Notes: generated from the sequence alone by a model not told the origin. A DNA stretch of 64,000 nucleotides from Candidatus Kapaibacterium sp. (GCA_044350705.1 JBILHA010000001.1:177809-241808); one strand, 5' to 3'. Positions 49,701-57,658 are shown, counted from the first letter of the stretch. Numbers and translations are program-made.

Positions 49701-51351
49701 TCTTGGGCGATTTACGCTTTCTGGATCTCCAGCTTTTACCACGTATCTCTCTTTCGGCATTACGTATTCACAGATCTCGGGAATTAGTAACAGTATTGTT
49801 GATCTTTTAGGCAATGTCATGATTGATCAGGCGGTTGCATCGTTTGATGATGAAGCGCTTCCTATCATTCGCACGGATAACGGGCATGCTCCGCGCTATG
49901 AAGATGCGAATGGTGACGGTTCAGTAGATCGCGTTCGTCTTTCCATGACGGAAGATGTACTCGTGACGTATGTTGATGCTGAATGGACTGCTTCAGCAAA
50001 TGCATTTGGTACCCTTGATGCTGTTGGTCTTTCGGGTGGTAGTGGTACGTCGACGATTTTCATTTCTCTTGAAGCTCCGAGTGAGCTTACTGGCGTTGGT
50101 TCTTCGGCTCAACCACGTATTGCGTATGCGCCAACGTCTTCGGGTATTACTGACCTTGCGGGAAATGTGGGTCGATCGCTTGCAAGTAGGGCGATGGTTG
50201 ATGCCGCCGCGCCACTTATCAAGGATCTTTTTCCTGATTTTGGTGAGAGTGCCGTTGCAACTGATAGTCTGCCGGTTATTCGCTTTACCGAACCGATGTC
50301 GACGTCGCTTGCTGATACCGTTTTCACGCTTACTCCCTCGGTGGCTGGACTTTCCGGTGTATGGAGTGAGAGTAATGCGGTTTATTCTATGACTGCAACT
50401 TCTGCGCTTGATGCTTCAACGGAATATTTCTTAGCAATTGAGAGTAATGATGTTGTGGGTAATCTCTTTGGAAATGGCATCGTTTCTTCGTTGACGGGTT
50501 CGTTCCCTTGGACATTCACCACTGCGCAAGCTCGTCGATCGGGTTCTCAAGATCTTTTGCCACTTCCTCCGCAAACTCTTTCCGTTACGGTGCATCAGCC
50601 TCTTCCTGCTCCGTTGCCGCTTGGTTATCTTCGTGCAGATCGGCCCATCATTGTAAGTTGGCGAACGACAAGTGTTTTTTCAACGCTTGCACGAGTTTCC
50701 TATCGGGTGAATGAAGGTCCTTGGGAAGTTGCTGTTGAAAATACTACGATGCCTAGTGCTATGGTTCGTCTCCCGTATGATGCGCAAGGTAACGTTGACT
50801 TCATGGTGTCGATTTATGACCTTGATCGAGTAGTTATTGAAGGATTTAGTTTGGGATATGTTGTTGGTGAAGAGGTCGAAGAAATGCCTTCTGATTATCA
50901 TATTGTTTCGTATATCAAGTCAGAAGAGTTTTCCACGATTTACGGACTTGATTCTCTCGGAGTTCGTAGGCCGTTCTTAAATGAACAAGTTTTCTTTACA
51001 TGGGCAGAGCGTTTTGATGAAGTGCACGTTCTTTCTTCCGTGGATCTTGCAGAGTATCCGATTGGATCGCCTATGCTTCCGAAGGCAGAAAGTATTTTGG
51101 TGAAGATTCAGTCTGATCCTCGGGTGTATTTCGTTGTTACTCCTGAATATCCTCAAGATCCTCCTTTGCTTCGTCATGTTCCGAACGAATTAGTTGCGCG
51201 TGAATTGTTCGGTGATGCTTGGGATCGTTCGGTGATCGATATTGAACCTACTTTCTTCACACAATTCACGCTTGGACTTCCGCTAGACGTTTCCTTTGGT
51301 GCGCGTTCGCTCTTTACTCGTGAGGATCTTTCAGCTCGTGCGCTTCGTTGA
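40723..51351 (+). CDS. Giant secreted repeat protein (3542 aa): signal peptide, two Gly-rich beta-helix-like modules, >25 tandem ~100-aa Ca-binding-motif repeats, unique C-terminal domain
   Basis: Single uninterrupted ORF. N-terminal signal/TM (FILTFILLSPFWSEAAA). Duplicated Gly-rich modules ending GGGGGGRVSVLYGTDSS / GGGGGGGRVAIYYGTDST. Alternating repeats with DxNxDGxVDRVxLxFSE and Cys-pair ACE...C motifs. Antisense ORFs in the track are shadows. Confidence 0.8.
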   Translation: MVLFPSSFSRFSRFLKVLGGSIFILTFILLSPFWSEAAACPVTDGGVGDGDGSANGTLTINASTSWTPPATRGDFWDCTGKTVHVTGGATLTFSTVTTSGRFGYLKADNIIVDAGSAISSDGLGCSVSSPGWGFGPNVTTGICTLETTGAGRGGSGSGYSPASGSYGGLGGYGGSPSWLAGSVYGDPISPMLFGSSSGDTNYEDSGPGGGVVWLHATDTLTLDGTISARGLAGASAAAGAGSGGSILLLAQVIDGTTGALNAEGADGKSSGSGRFSGGGGGGRVSVLYGTDSSSWLGSLSPSTVVSGGLSSGGTSTAGEDGTVYKSASYDPAIAFATISDSDADYQVDTITITFDRDLDGATVAMSDFSLDGGYTITSASETSAGVVTLTVAERGYVDVERSITISLVGSVTDTMFGLSSSSDVYYAVSSTCPFFDGSPDDADLARNGSYTIAEAVQLTPSPYRLNCEGLDLVVNSTVTFAGSVSTGDYSHLRADDITLGFGGVFSATERGCQGLAQSAHEPGLDNICGASALSSGNGSSGAGGGGISQARGGGGGYGGNGGQGGSAAALAGFLGGTSYGSSTTPLLFGSTGGGTTGSRGGHAGGIVAITASGTFTWNGSILSQGGNGTGTSGSAAGGGGSGGSVYIQAATLAGSTGSVSAAGGNGYSGSSVNGGGGGGGRVAIYYGTDSTSFVSGLSAAGVAAGGTGPSAAAEGTAGSLYTSATYTAAAPEAIEGFTRDADTDGYLDAIVLLFTEDLDAASLATTDFSVTGYTITGVALTSGNVVTLSLQEGGTPDTSAIPATSIVGSISGATSGTITSGSFVMNDEAYPVAMSASYLDTNVNGAVDRVDIVFSETITFSYNSGDWTFPDAGSFNLVDTTFAVTTNTLRLTVTADAEETSSSTTPTVLYTNTANRLQDASGNFTATFPSALSISDAAAPAINAMTTGDANSDGYIDTLIFVWTENVDTNDGAPPVLADFGTITMPNGGTASSATISDPGGISNTVTLTNVTGQTNIFTGTTSVAINGITGQWSDGTNLTTNPDDSETVIDAASPIIRTDGANAPRYEDSNSDGTIDRIRLIFSENTTITYTDADWTITPNALTSADVSAVSSGSGTTTVYLTATAQSLLTGVGTGTVPTLSYAQSSGSVADATGNQLATVSGVNLVDFANPRLRTDSGNQMAYQDADANGSIDRVRLIFTEPVTITYVDANWVSVANSLTGFDVGALSSGNGTSTVYLTATTSSATTGVGAGTQPTLRFTAGSGGSIVDSASNALASIAATSLIDEALPILLTSRYRDINYNATVDRFDLTFSETMTVATCETGDYTLSGSDASGVSVASCSATGAVVELTPSGIPANDTSLTLALSYNASAGTANSLRDGAANGVASFSSVSLADATSPVPLGGVSRDVNSDGTVDRVVVSFSENVTAAHCDAADYTFSGTHASGLAISACSPSGQDISYTLTGAPVANTALSFSWTYTQAAGTANSLADDIGNVIPNVTLAVTDAAAPVIISGSYTDGNGDGTVDAVSLGFSEAVTVTYDDGDWIANARDLTGFDVTGLTSGSGTSSLVFSATSSSVTGVGALGDEPTLRYTDGAGSLTSATGETPLSISAFTLADNADPLIVSGAYQDDNGNGTVDLVVLSFTEPLDYAACEVGDFSFAGADGSGLSFSSCSAGSGVDGEFVLNGAPSLETTLDIDLSYNALAGLASSLVDSEGNALPSFSALSIDDEATPVLLSSSYQDANADGRVDRVALQFSEPVTLTYADGDWTAIANGLVSFDVTGIHSGNGSATLLLSATAMADRTGVSSISSQPQLSFTATTGSLVDAVGQAITSLSTFSVADAAAPVIISGSYVDSDSDAEVDRVQLLFTEETTINFALADWTVSSGDLTGLAISAIASGNGNALISFDASAAAELTGVGAGIEPTLTYLPVTGSVADRYANALVSSGPHSLVDAADPVLLSTNPSHSELHVDRDADVVLSFSEAMDINTFAYDISNAGVSEGITWDADERIATIDFVSTLPEETVITVEVTLATDYTGNGFSLLAGIDNPFSFTTAGAIINPVLTSGSTRDTDNDGKIDAIVLSIDQDINGLTVAAADFTVTGYTISSASRTASGQITLVLTEGGSLDTDARPVVQVVGSVDGVSSGFLTSGSITPADGAAPLVVSGAYKDSNADGTVDRVEVLFSEPLSYSACEYSDFSFGGADGAGFSVNGCAAGSGDYGVFALAGAPSGDTSLTLTFSYTASLGTTNSLDDAADNALPTFSALALADEALPARLSSAYQDANADGTVDRVELVFSEAVTLTYADADWTATAHGLTGFDVTGIASGNGTDTLYLTATASAHVTGIAEEASQPTLAFTATTGSLVDGEGSALSSLTTFVLLDDAAPVLRSDIESVYRDTSGNGVVDRVVLRFTEDVNATYDAVDWAVTENDLAGLTITSASAGWASTVSLTATADGVQTGVGLGAEPGIAFSPALGQIVDRSGNVVSAFSRTLVDDASPLLVSSSPLHGATGVALDTNIVLSFSETMDINNFSFSLSEVVAGESLGWNAAEDEITIEYADNFEYETEYTVSLLAAPDLAGNALGGALIGSANPFSFTTLSIVVHPVLTSGSTRDTDNDGKIDAIVLSIDQDINGLTVASSDFSVTGYTISSASRTASGEITLVLTEGGSLDTDARPAVQVVGSVDGASSGFLTSGSITPADGAAPLVVSGAYKDSNADGTVDRVEVLFSEPLSYGACEYGDFSFGGADGAGVSVASCGSGDDAYGIFILSGTPSNDTSLELTFTYAASAGTANSLDDAADNALPSFSALALADEALPARLSSAYQDANADGTVDRVELVFSEAVTLTYADADWTVTAHGLAGFDVTGIASGNGTDTLYLSAMASANTTGIGEEDSQPTLAFTATTGSLVALVGGSALPALSSFYLSDEAAPRMISGSYFDENADARVDAMDILFTEPVDVPFCESEDYAFTGDDVGSLVVITCPGESASLGRFTLSGSPAFTTYLSFGITYSQISGISNSIVDLLGNVMIDQAVASFDDEALPIIRTDNGHAPRYEDANGDGSVDRVRLSMTEDVLVTYVDAEWTASANAFGTLDAVGLSGGSGTSTIFISLEAPSELTGVGSSAQPRIAYAPTSSGITDLAGNVGRSLASRAMVDAAAPLIKDLFPDFGESAVATDSLPVIRFTEPMSTSLADTVFTLTPSVAGLSGVWSESNAVYSMTATSALDASTEYFLAIESNDVVGNLFGNGIVSSLTGSFPWTFTTAQARRSGSQDLLPLPPQTLSVTVHQPLPAPLPLGYLRADRPIIVSWRTTSVFSTLARVSYRVNEGPWEVAVENTTMPSAMVRLPYDAQGNVDFMVSIYDLDRVVIEGFSLGYVVGEEVEEMPSDYHIVSYIKSEEFSTIYGLDSLGVRRPFLNEQVFFTWAERFDEVHVLSSVDLAEYPIGSPMLPKAESILVKIQSDPRVYFVVTPEYPQDPPLLRHVPNELVARELFGDAWDRSVIDIEPTFFTQFTLGLPLDVSFGARSLFTREDLSARALR

Positions 51352-51414
51352 GGAGTTCCTTGAAACTGTTGTCATTTTTTTGCATTTCAGGCACACTCTG
51401 AACGATTATCTTTA

Positions 51415-54090
51415 TTGGATTGTATGGGTTTTTTGAGCAAGATTTTTCCAGATGCAAATACGCGTGTCGTTCAATCGCTTAAAAAAGAGGTTGATCGCAT
51501 GAATGCTCTTGAAGAGGGGATTCAATCGCTTTCAGATGAGGCCTTGCGTGCAAAAACCGCAGAGTTTAAGACGCGTCTTGCGGAAGGGGAAAAGCTTGAT
51601 GCCATTCTTTCCGAAGCTTTTGCAGTATGCCGTGAAGCGGCTCGTCGGACGCTTGGACAGCGCCATTATGATGTGCAGCTCATGGGAGGTCTTGTTTTGC
51701 ATAAGGGTGGTATTGCGGAAATGCGCACGGGTGAAGGAAAGACGCTTACCGCTACTGCGGCCGTGTATGCCAATGCGCTCGTAGGAAAAGGTGTACATGT
51801 GATTACCGTGAACGATTATCTTGCAAAACGTGATGCTGCATGGATGGGTCGCGTTTTCCATTTTCTTGGTCTTTCCACGGGCTGTATCCAGCATGAAAGC
51901 GGGTATGTTTTTGATGAAGCATTTCGTGCCCCAGAGCAAACACAAGAAGAAAAGGAAGCTGCAGCTGAGAAGAGTGGCTATAAGGTGCAGATGGATTTCT
52001 TGCGCCCTTGTGCGCGTAAGGAGGCGTATGCTGCAGATATTACGTACGGAACGAATAATGAATTTGGTTTTGACTACCTTCGCGATAACATGGCTCAGAC
52101 TGCAGAGGCGATGGTGCAGCGTGGTCTTCATTTCGCTATTGTTGATGAAGTTGACTCTATTTTGATCGATGAAGCGCGCACGCCGCTCATTATTTCTGCC
52201 CCTGCTGAGGAATCTTCAGATACGTATTATCGCTTTGCAGAAATTGCAAAGACGCTTATTGCAGGAGAAGACTATAATGTTGATGAAAAGCTTCGCACGG
52301 CAACGTATACCGAAGCTGGTCTTCAAAAAGTTGAGCGTGCGCTGGGGGTTGAGAATTTGTATGAAACGGGGTTGCAAAACGTCCACCACGCCGAGCAGGC
52401 GCTTCGTGCGCAGGCGCTCTTTCATGTTGATAAAGAGTATGTCGTGCGTAATGCTGAAGTCATGATTGTTGATGAATTTACGGGACGTCTCATGGAAGGT
52501 CGTCGGTATTCGGAGGGTCTTCACCAGGCGATTGAGGCGAAAGAAGGGGTGAAGATTCAGCGTGAAAGCAAGACGCTTGCCACGATTACCTTCCAGAATT
52601 ATTTCCGTTTGTATGAGAAGCTTTCGGGAATGACCGGTACTGCAGCAACAGAGGCAGAAGAATTTTCTAAGATTTATAGTTTAGAAGTGACGCAGATTCC
52701 TACCCATCGTGAGAATAAGCGTACCGATCACTCGGATAAAATTTTCCGCAATGAAAAGGGGAAGTGGATGGCAGTCGTAAAAGAGGTGAAGGCGCGTCAT
52801 GAAAAGGGACAGCCGGTACTTATTGGTACGGTTTCTATCGATAAAAATCAGTTGTTATCACAGGCGCTGACTGCGGCAGGTATTCCGCATAAGATGCTTA
52901 ACGCAAAGAACCACGAACAAGAAGCTGAGATTATTGCGCAGGCTGGTCGGCGTGGTGCGGTGACGCTTGCGACCAACATGGCAGGACGTGGTGTCGATAT
53001 TTTGCTCGGCGGAAACCCGCAGGATGCGGAAGAAGCAGCTGCGGTACGTGCACTTGGCGGACTCTTTGTTATTGGTACAGAACGACATGAGAGTCGTCGC
53101 ATTGACAACCAGCTTCGGGGTCGTGCGGGACGCCAGGGAGATCCGGGAGAAACGCAATTCTTCGTGTCGCTCGATGATGATCTCATGCGCATTTTCGGAT
53201 CGGATCGTATTAAGGGCATGATGCAGTCTTTGGGTATTCCCGATGATGAGCCTATTGTGAGCGGTATGGTGACGCGTTCGCTTGAGAAGGCGCAGCAGCG
53301 TGTTGAGGGTCATCATTTCGATACGCGTAAGCATGTCTTGCAATACGACGATGTGCTTAATAAACACCGTCTTGCGATTTATGCAGAGCGTCGCGGTTTG
53401 GTTACAGGTGAGCGTGCAGATGCGCATGAGGAAGTGATGCGTATGATCGAGGGGGAGATTGAACGCGTGGTTCTTTTCCATACGAGCGCTGAAAAAACGG
53501 ATATTCCGCAAGAATTTTCTGAAGAAGGGAAGCTTGCAGAAGGAGATTGGAATCCAAAGGAACTCATTGAAACTTTCAATACTATTGTTCCCCTCACCGA
53601 AGAAGAGAAGATTGCGTTACAGGCAGCGCTTCCAGAGGTTTCTCAAGATAAAGAAAAGCTTCTGCAGGATCGTACGAAGATTATCGAAGAGATGCTTTCG
53701 ATTGTTCGTGTTCGGCTTGTAAAATCAATTGAAGAGTTTGGTGACGAAGAAAAGGTGCGACGCTTGGAGCGAGGATTACTCTTACGTGCGATTGATGGAG
53801 CATGGATGCGTCATTTGGAAGATATGACGTATCTTCGTCGCACGATTGGACTCCAGGGATATGCGCAGCGTGATCCACTCGTGGAGTATAAGAAGGAAGC
53901 ATTCCGTTTGTATGCAGCGCTTCGTGAAGATGTTGCAAAGGAAGTGGTCTACAATGTCGTGAAACTTCTTTCTCAAGCAGCAAGTGCTCAAAAGTTTCTT
54001 GCAGCCGCTCCTGATTTGCTGAAGCAAGCAGCAAAGATGTTTGGAGGAAAGAATGGTACGAGCGGAAGCAGCGGTGTTGTGGGGGGATAA
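51415..54090 (+). CDS. secA: Preprotein translocase ATPase SecA
   Basis: 891 aa. DEAD-like motor motifs (MRTGEGKTLTATAAVYANAL, IVDEVDSILIDEARTPLIIS, ATNMAGRGVDI), preprotein cross-linking and helical scaffold regions. Confidence 0.95.
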   Translation: MDCMGFLSKIFPDANTRVVQSLKKEVDRMNALEEGIQSLSDEALRAKTAEFKTRLAEGEKLDAILSEAFAVCREAARRTLGQRHYDVQLMGGLVLHKGGIAEMRTGEGKTLTATAAVYANALVGKGVHVITVNDYLAKRDAAWMGRVFHFLGLSTGCIQHESGYVFDEAFRAPEQTQEEKEAAAEKSGYKVQMDFLRPCARKEAYAADITYGTNNEFGFDYLRDNMAQTAEAMVQRGLHFAIVDEVDSILIDEARTPLIISAPAEESSDTYYRFAEIAKTLIAGEDYNVDEKLRTATYTEAGLQKVERALGVENLYETGLQNVHHAEQALRAQALFHVDKEYVVRNAEVMIVDEFTGRLMEGRRYSEGLHQAIEAKEGVKIQRESKTLATITFQNYFRLYEKLSGMTGTAATEAEEFSKIYSLEVTQIPTHRENKRTDHSDKIFRNEKGKWMAVVKEVKARHEKGQPVLIGTVSIDKNQLLSQALTAAGIPHKMLNAKNHEQEAEIIAQAGRRGAVTLATNMAGRGVDILLGGNPQDAEEAAAVRALGGLFVIGTERHESRRIDNQLRGRAGRQGDPGETQFFVSLDDDLMRIFGSDRIKGMMQSLGIPDDEPIVSGMVTRSLEKAQQRVEGHHFDTRKHVLQYDDVLNKHRLAIYAERRGLVTGERADAHEEVMRMIEGEIERVVLFHTSAEKTDIPQEFSEEGKLAEGDWNPKELIETFNTIVPLTEEEKIALQAALPEVSQDKEKLLQDRTKIIEEMLSIVRVRLVKSIEEFGDEEKVRRLERGLLLRAIDGAWMRHLEDMTYLRRTIGLQGYAQRDPLVEYKKEAFRLYAALREDVAKEVVYNVVKLLSQAASAQKFLAAAPDLLKQAAKMFGGKNGTSGSSGVVGG

Positions 54091-54275
54091 AGATAAGGAA
54101 AATCCCAACGTGAGAAGGGATTTTTCTTTGAAGAGAGAAAAAATTCAAGGTTCACCTGAAATTCTCACGTTCTTTGAAGAGCTTGTGCAGATACTGGAAA
54201 ACGATAAACAGCGACTCTTTCCCCGCTAGGAACTTTCTCCTATACTCCAGGACGTTCTTATTCCTTTTTCGAGCT

Positions 54276-54623
54276 ATGCAATCCATCCATGAAATTTATT
54301 CTCGTTTAAAATTAAAGAAGGCTGAGCGAAAAGATTTGAAAACCTCTTTTCAGGATGCGCTTAAAAATCATGCTCGTTATCAGCAGGTACTCGAAGAGAT
54401 GATGAAATTGAAAATTGAAAAGAAGGCGATTGAGAATGAGATTCTTGCTACTGAGATGGACAAAGCCAAGCTCGAGGAATTGAATGTGGATATTAAGACA
54501 GATACCGAGCTTATCTCTGATCTCGCACTTACCATGTATGTTTCAGGAGAGCCTGTGGAAATTACCGATGATTATAATGTGCGCTGGGTTCCTGCTTTCC
54601 GTGTAACCTTTAAAAAGAGCTAA
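54276..54623 (+). CDS. Hypothetical coiled-coil protein
   Basis: 115 aa from ATG 54276 (MQSIHEIYSRLKLKKAERKDLK...). Charged heptad-like sequence. Followed by a terminator. Confidence 0.35.
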   Translation: MQSIHEIYSRLKLKKAERKDLKTSFQDALKNHARYQQVLEEMMKLKIEKKAIENEILATEMDKAKLEELNVDIKTDTELISDLALTMYVSGEPVEITDDYNVRWVPAFRVTFKKS

Positions 54624-54630
54624 ACATTAG

Positions 54631-54660
54631 CGAAAAAAGAGCATGCATGCTCTTTTTTCG
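54631..54660 (+). terminator. Rho-independent terminator
   Basis: gaaaaaag-agcatgcatgct-cttttttcg: a palindromic hairpin with a T-run. Confidence 0.55.
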
Positions 54661-54723
54661 TTTCTTTTTCCCGAGTAACTATTCCCCTTTTCTCCGGGTT
54701 TCATATAGAATGCTTCCTAAACT

Positions 54724-56757
54724 ATGACTACGTACGATGCTCAACGCGTCCGAGAAAAGCGCAGAAATGCCTTTATTGCCTCGGGAATACTCGTTCTTTC
54801 TCTTATTGCTTGGCTTGGAAGTTATCCTCAGCCCTACAATGCTTTTGCCGGTTGGGTCGAAGGATCTACGGGACTCTCACTCCCGCGCGTTTCTGAACAG
54901 CCGCTTACGCTTGGTCTTGATCTCCAAGGGGGGGTGCATTTGACCTATGGTGCTGACATGACGAATGTTGCCGAGGCTGACCGAGCTGAGGCTTTGGAGG
55001 GAGTTCGTGATGTGATTGAGCGCAGGGTTAATGCTTTTGGTGTTGTGGAGCCTGTGGTGCAGTCTACCGCTTCCAATGGTTATCGAGTGATTGTTGATTT
55101 GCCAGGAGTGACAAACGCTACCGAGGCGGTTGCGCAAATCGGAGAAACGCCTGTGCTTGAATTTAAAGTTCCTCGAGAAGATTTTTCATTTGAACCTACC
55201 TCCGAAGATCAGGCTGTTGTTGATGCGGCTCAGCCTGCTGAGCGTACGGCTGCTTTAGCGGTGCTTGATCAGGCGCTTGCGCGTGATGCGGACTTTTCTT
55301 CGCTTGCAAACCAATATTCAATTGATGCGTCTACCAAAGAGCAGGGGGGATATGTTGGTTTTATTGCTGCTGATGATCCAGAGTTCGGTGGCCTTGCAGA
55401 ACGCATTGCTTCTGACCGCTTGCGCCCAGGAGTTATTGATGGGCTTTACGAAGGGACATCACGCATGCATGTCGTAAATTATCTTGGTTCACGCGATGAG
55501 ACCGAGGTACAGAGCGCCCACATTCTTATTTGTTATTTTGGCGCAAAGGGTTGTGCGAGCGAGATGTCACGCGATGAAGCTCGTGCTTTGGCAGACGAAG
55601 TTCAGGGTCAGGCGACGAGTAGGAATTTTGCTGATCTTGCAAAACAGTATTCTACTGATCCTGGGAGTGCCTCTGAAGGAGGGGATCTTGGGTGGGTGAA
55701 GGCAGGGCAGATGATTGAGGTATTCGAAGATTCACTTTTCGCTCTCCGTGATGGGCGTATTTCTGAAGTCGTAGAGACGGAGTTTGGTTTTCATATCATT
55801 TATCGCGTAGATAGTCGCACAACGAAAGCCTACGAGATTGCGCATATCGAAATGCCCTGGACCACGCTTTCTGATGTTGTTGCGGTTGATCCATGGGAGA
55901 ATACTGAGCTCTCCGGGAAGCATGTCCGCAATGCTGCGGTGGCGATAGACCCTGTTACGCAGCGCCCCTATGTTGCTATTGAATTTAACGAAGAAGGGGG
56001 CGCGTTATTTGAGCAGATCACAACTGACCATATCGGTGAAGTTATTGGTATTTTCCTTGATGGGGAGCCTATTACGACGCCCGTGGTTCAGCAGACTATT
56101 TATCGGGGTACCCCTGCAAGTATTACCGGTGATTTCACCACGAATGACGCGAAGCTTCTTGCTCAGCGTTTGACCGCGGGAGCTCTTCCGGTTCCTATTG
56201 CCCTTGAATCTCAGCAAACTATTGGACCTACTTTAGGGCTTGCATCGCTTGATATGAGCGTTAAGGCGGGATTGCTCGGTTTTGTGCTGATCGCCGTATT
56301 TATGGTGGCGTACTATCGTCTTCCCGGTCTCTTTGCCACCTTTGCTCTGGCTATTTATGCGGGTTTAAACCTTGTACTTTACAAAGTTTTCGGGGTGACG
56401 ATTACGTTGGCGGGTATTGCTGGTCTCGTGCTTTCCATGGGTATTGCGGTTGATGCGAATGTGCTCGTGTATGAGCGTCTCAAGGAGGAATTGCGTGCTG
56501 GCCGCGATCTTCCTTCGGCACTTGAGGAAGCGTATCGTCGTGCATGGCCTTCGATTCGAGATGGGAATTTCACTACCCTTATCGCGACTATTGTTTTGTA
56601 CTTCATGAGTACGGGGTTCATTCGCGGTTTTGCGCTTACGCTCACGATTGGTGTATTGCTTTCCATGTTTACTGCTCTTACGGTTACGCGCGGCATGCTT
56701 CGTTTAGTTGCTCGCTCTAAAGCTTTCCGGAAAAAGATCTTCTTCCTTGGACTCTAA
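54724..56757 (+). CDS. secD: Protein translocase subunit SecD with two parvulin-type PPIase domains inserted in the periplasmic P1 domain
   Basis: SecD N-terminus (LGLDLQGGVHLTY; ...VIVDLPGVTNATEAVAQIGETPVLEFKV), P1 base (IGPTLG) and six C-terminal TMs. Inserted: two PpiC-like units, with motifs SIDASTKEQGGYVGFI and SAHIL...STDPGSASEGGDLGWVKAGQMIEVFEDSLFALRDGRISEVVETEFGFHIIYRV. Confidence 0.85.
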   Translation: MTTYDAQRVREKRRNAFIASGILVLSLIAWLGSYPQPYNAFAGWVEGSTGLSLPRVSEQPLTLGLDLQGGVHLTYGADMTNVAEADRAEALEGVRDVIERRVNAFGVVEPVVQSTASNGYRVIVDLPGVTNATEAVAQIGETPVLEFKVPREDFSFEPTSEDQAVVDAAQPAERTAALAVLDQALARDADFSSLANQYSIDASTKEQGGYVGFIAADDPEFGGLAERIASDRLRPGVIDGLYEGTSRMHVVNYLGSRDETEVQSAHILICYFGAKGCASEMSRDEARALADEVQGQATSRNFADLAKQYSTDPGSASEGGDLGWVKAGQMIEVFEDSLFALRDGRISEVVETEFGFHIIYRVDSRTTKAYEIAHIEMPWTTLSDVVAVDPWENTELSGKHVRNAAVAIDPVTQRPYVAIEFNEEGGALFEQITTDHIGEVIGIFLDGEPITTPVVQQTIYRGTPASITGDFTTNDAKLLAQRLTAGALPVPIALESQQTIGPTLGLASLDMSVKAGLLGFVLIAVFMVAYYRLPGLFATFALAIYAGLNLVLYKVFGVTITLAGIAGLVLSMGIAVDANVLVYERLKEELRAGRDLPSALEEAYRRAWPSIRDGNFTTLIATIVLYFMSTGFIRGFALTLTIGVLLSMFTALTVTRGMLRLVARSKAFRKKIFFLGL

Positions 56758-56761
56758 TTGT

Positions 56762-57658
56762 ATGAAGTCTCTTAATATCATGCGTCTTAGTACGCTTTGG
56801 CTCAGTCTTTCTGGAGTTATCGTTGCCGCATCTCTTGCTGCATTCATGTTTTTTGGCCTGAACTACGGGGTAGATTTTACGGGAGGTGCTCTTCTTGAGC
56901 TTAACGTGCCCTCGCTTTCTTCCCCTGAGGAACTTCGGGGACATCTTGAATCCTCAGGGTTTGCGGAAATCAAGGTGCAAGAGGGTGAGGGAGACCGGGT
57001 ATTTGTACGAGCAGGGCAGCTTTCTGAAGATGAGCATCAGCGTTTGCTCGCCGAGGTTCAGTCACGCTATGCAGATGCGTCTGAAGTGCAATATACGTTT
57101 GTAGGTCCTTCTGTGGGTTCTGAGCTTCGCCGTTCAGCCACGATCGCTATCGGTGTTCTCTTGGTACTTATTGCTTTGTATGTTGCCTGGGCGTTTCGTA
57201 ATGTGGGAGAAAAAGTTTCTGCATGGAAATTTGGTACGATTACGCTGCTTACTGCCGCGCATGACGTCATTGTTCCTCTTGGGGTTTTTGCAGTTCTGGG
57301 GCGCGTGTGGGGATATCAAATTGATACGGCATTTGTAGCGGCTATTCTCACTATTCTTGGCTACTCCATTAATGATACGATTGTAGTTTTCGATCGTACG
57401 CGTGAGCATTTAGCGGCAAAGCGTACCGGGGAGTCTTTCCGAGAACTGGTAAACAAAAGCGTTAATGAAACGATGGGTCGCTCCATTAACACGACGCTTG
57501 CGGTACTCCTTCCTCTCTTGGCGATTTTCTTTGTTGGGGGCGAATCTACGCGTCCTTTTGTTCTTGCGCTGATCGTTGGAGTTGCGGCGGGAGCATATTC
57601 TTCTCTTTTTCTTGCAAGTCCTCTCTTGGTTCTTTGGCAGGAAAAGACGACGAAATAA
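56762..57658 (+). CDS. secF: Protein translocase subunit SecF
   Basis: ATG 56762 (MKSLNIMRLSTLWLSLSGVIVAAS). SecF pattern DFTGGALLEL..., six TMs (AILTILGYSINDTIVVFDRTRE). Confidence 0.85.
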   Translation: MKSLNIMRLSTLWLSLSGVIVAASLAAFMFFGLNYGVDFTGGALLELNVPSLSSPEELRGHLESSGFAEIKVQEGEGDRVFVRAGQLSEDEHQRLLAEVQSRYADASEVQYTFVGPSVGSELRRSATIAIGVLLVLIALYVAWAFRNVGEKVSAWKFGTITLLTAAHDVIVPLGVFAVLGRVWGYQIDTAFVAAILTILGYSINDTIVVFDRTREHLAAKRTGESFRELVNKSVNETMGRSINTTLAVLLPLLAIFFVGGESTRPFVLALIVGVAAGAYSSLFLASPLLVLWQEKTTK

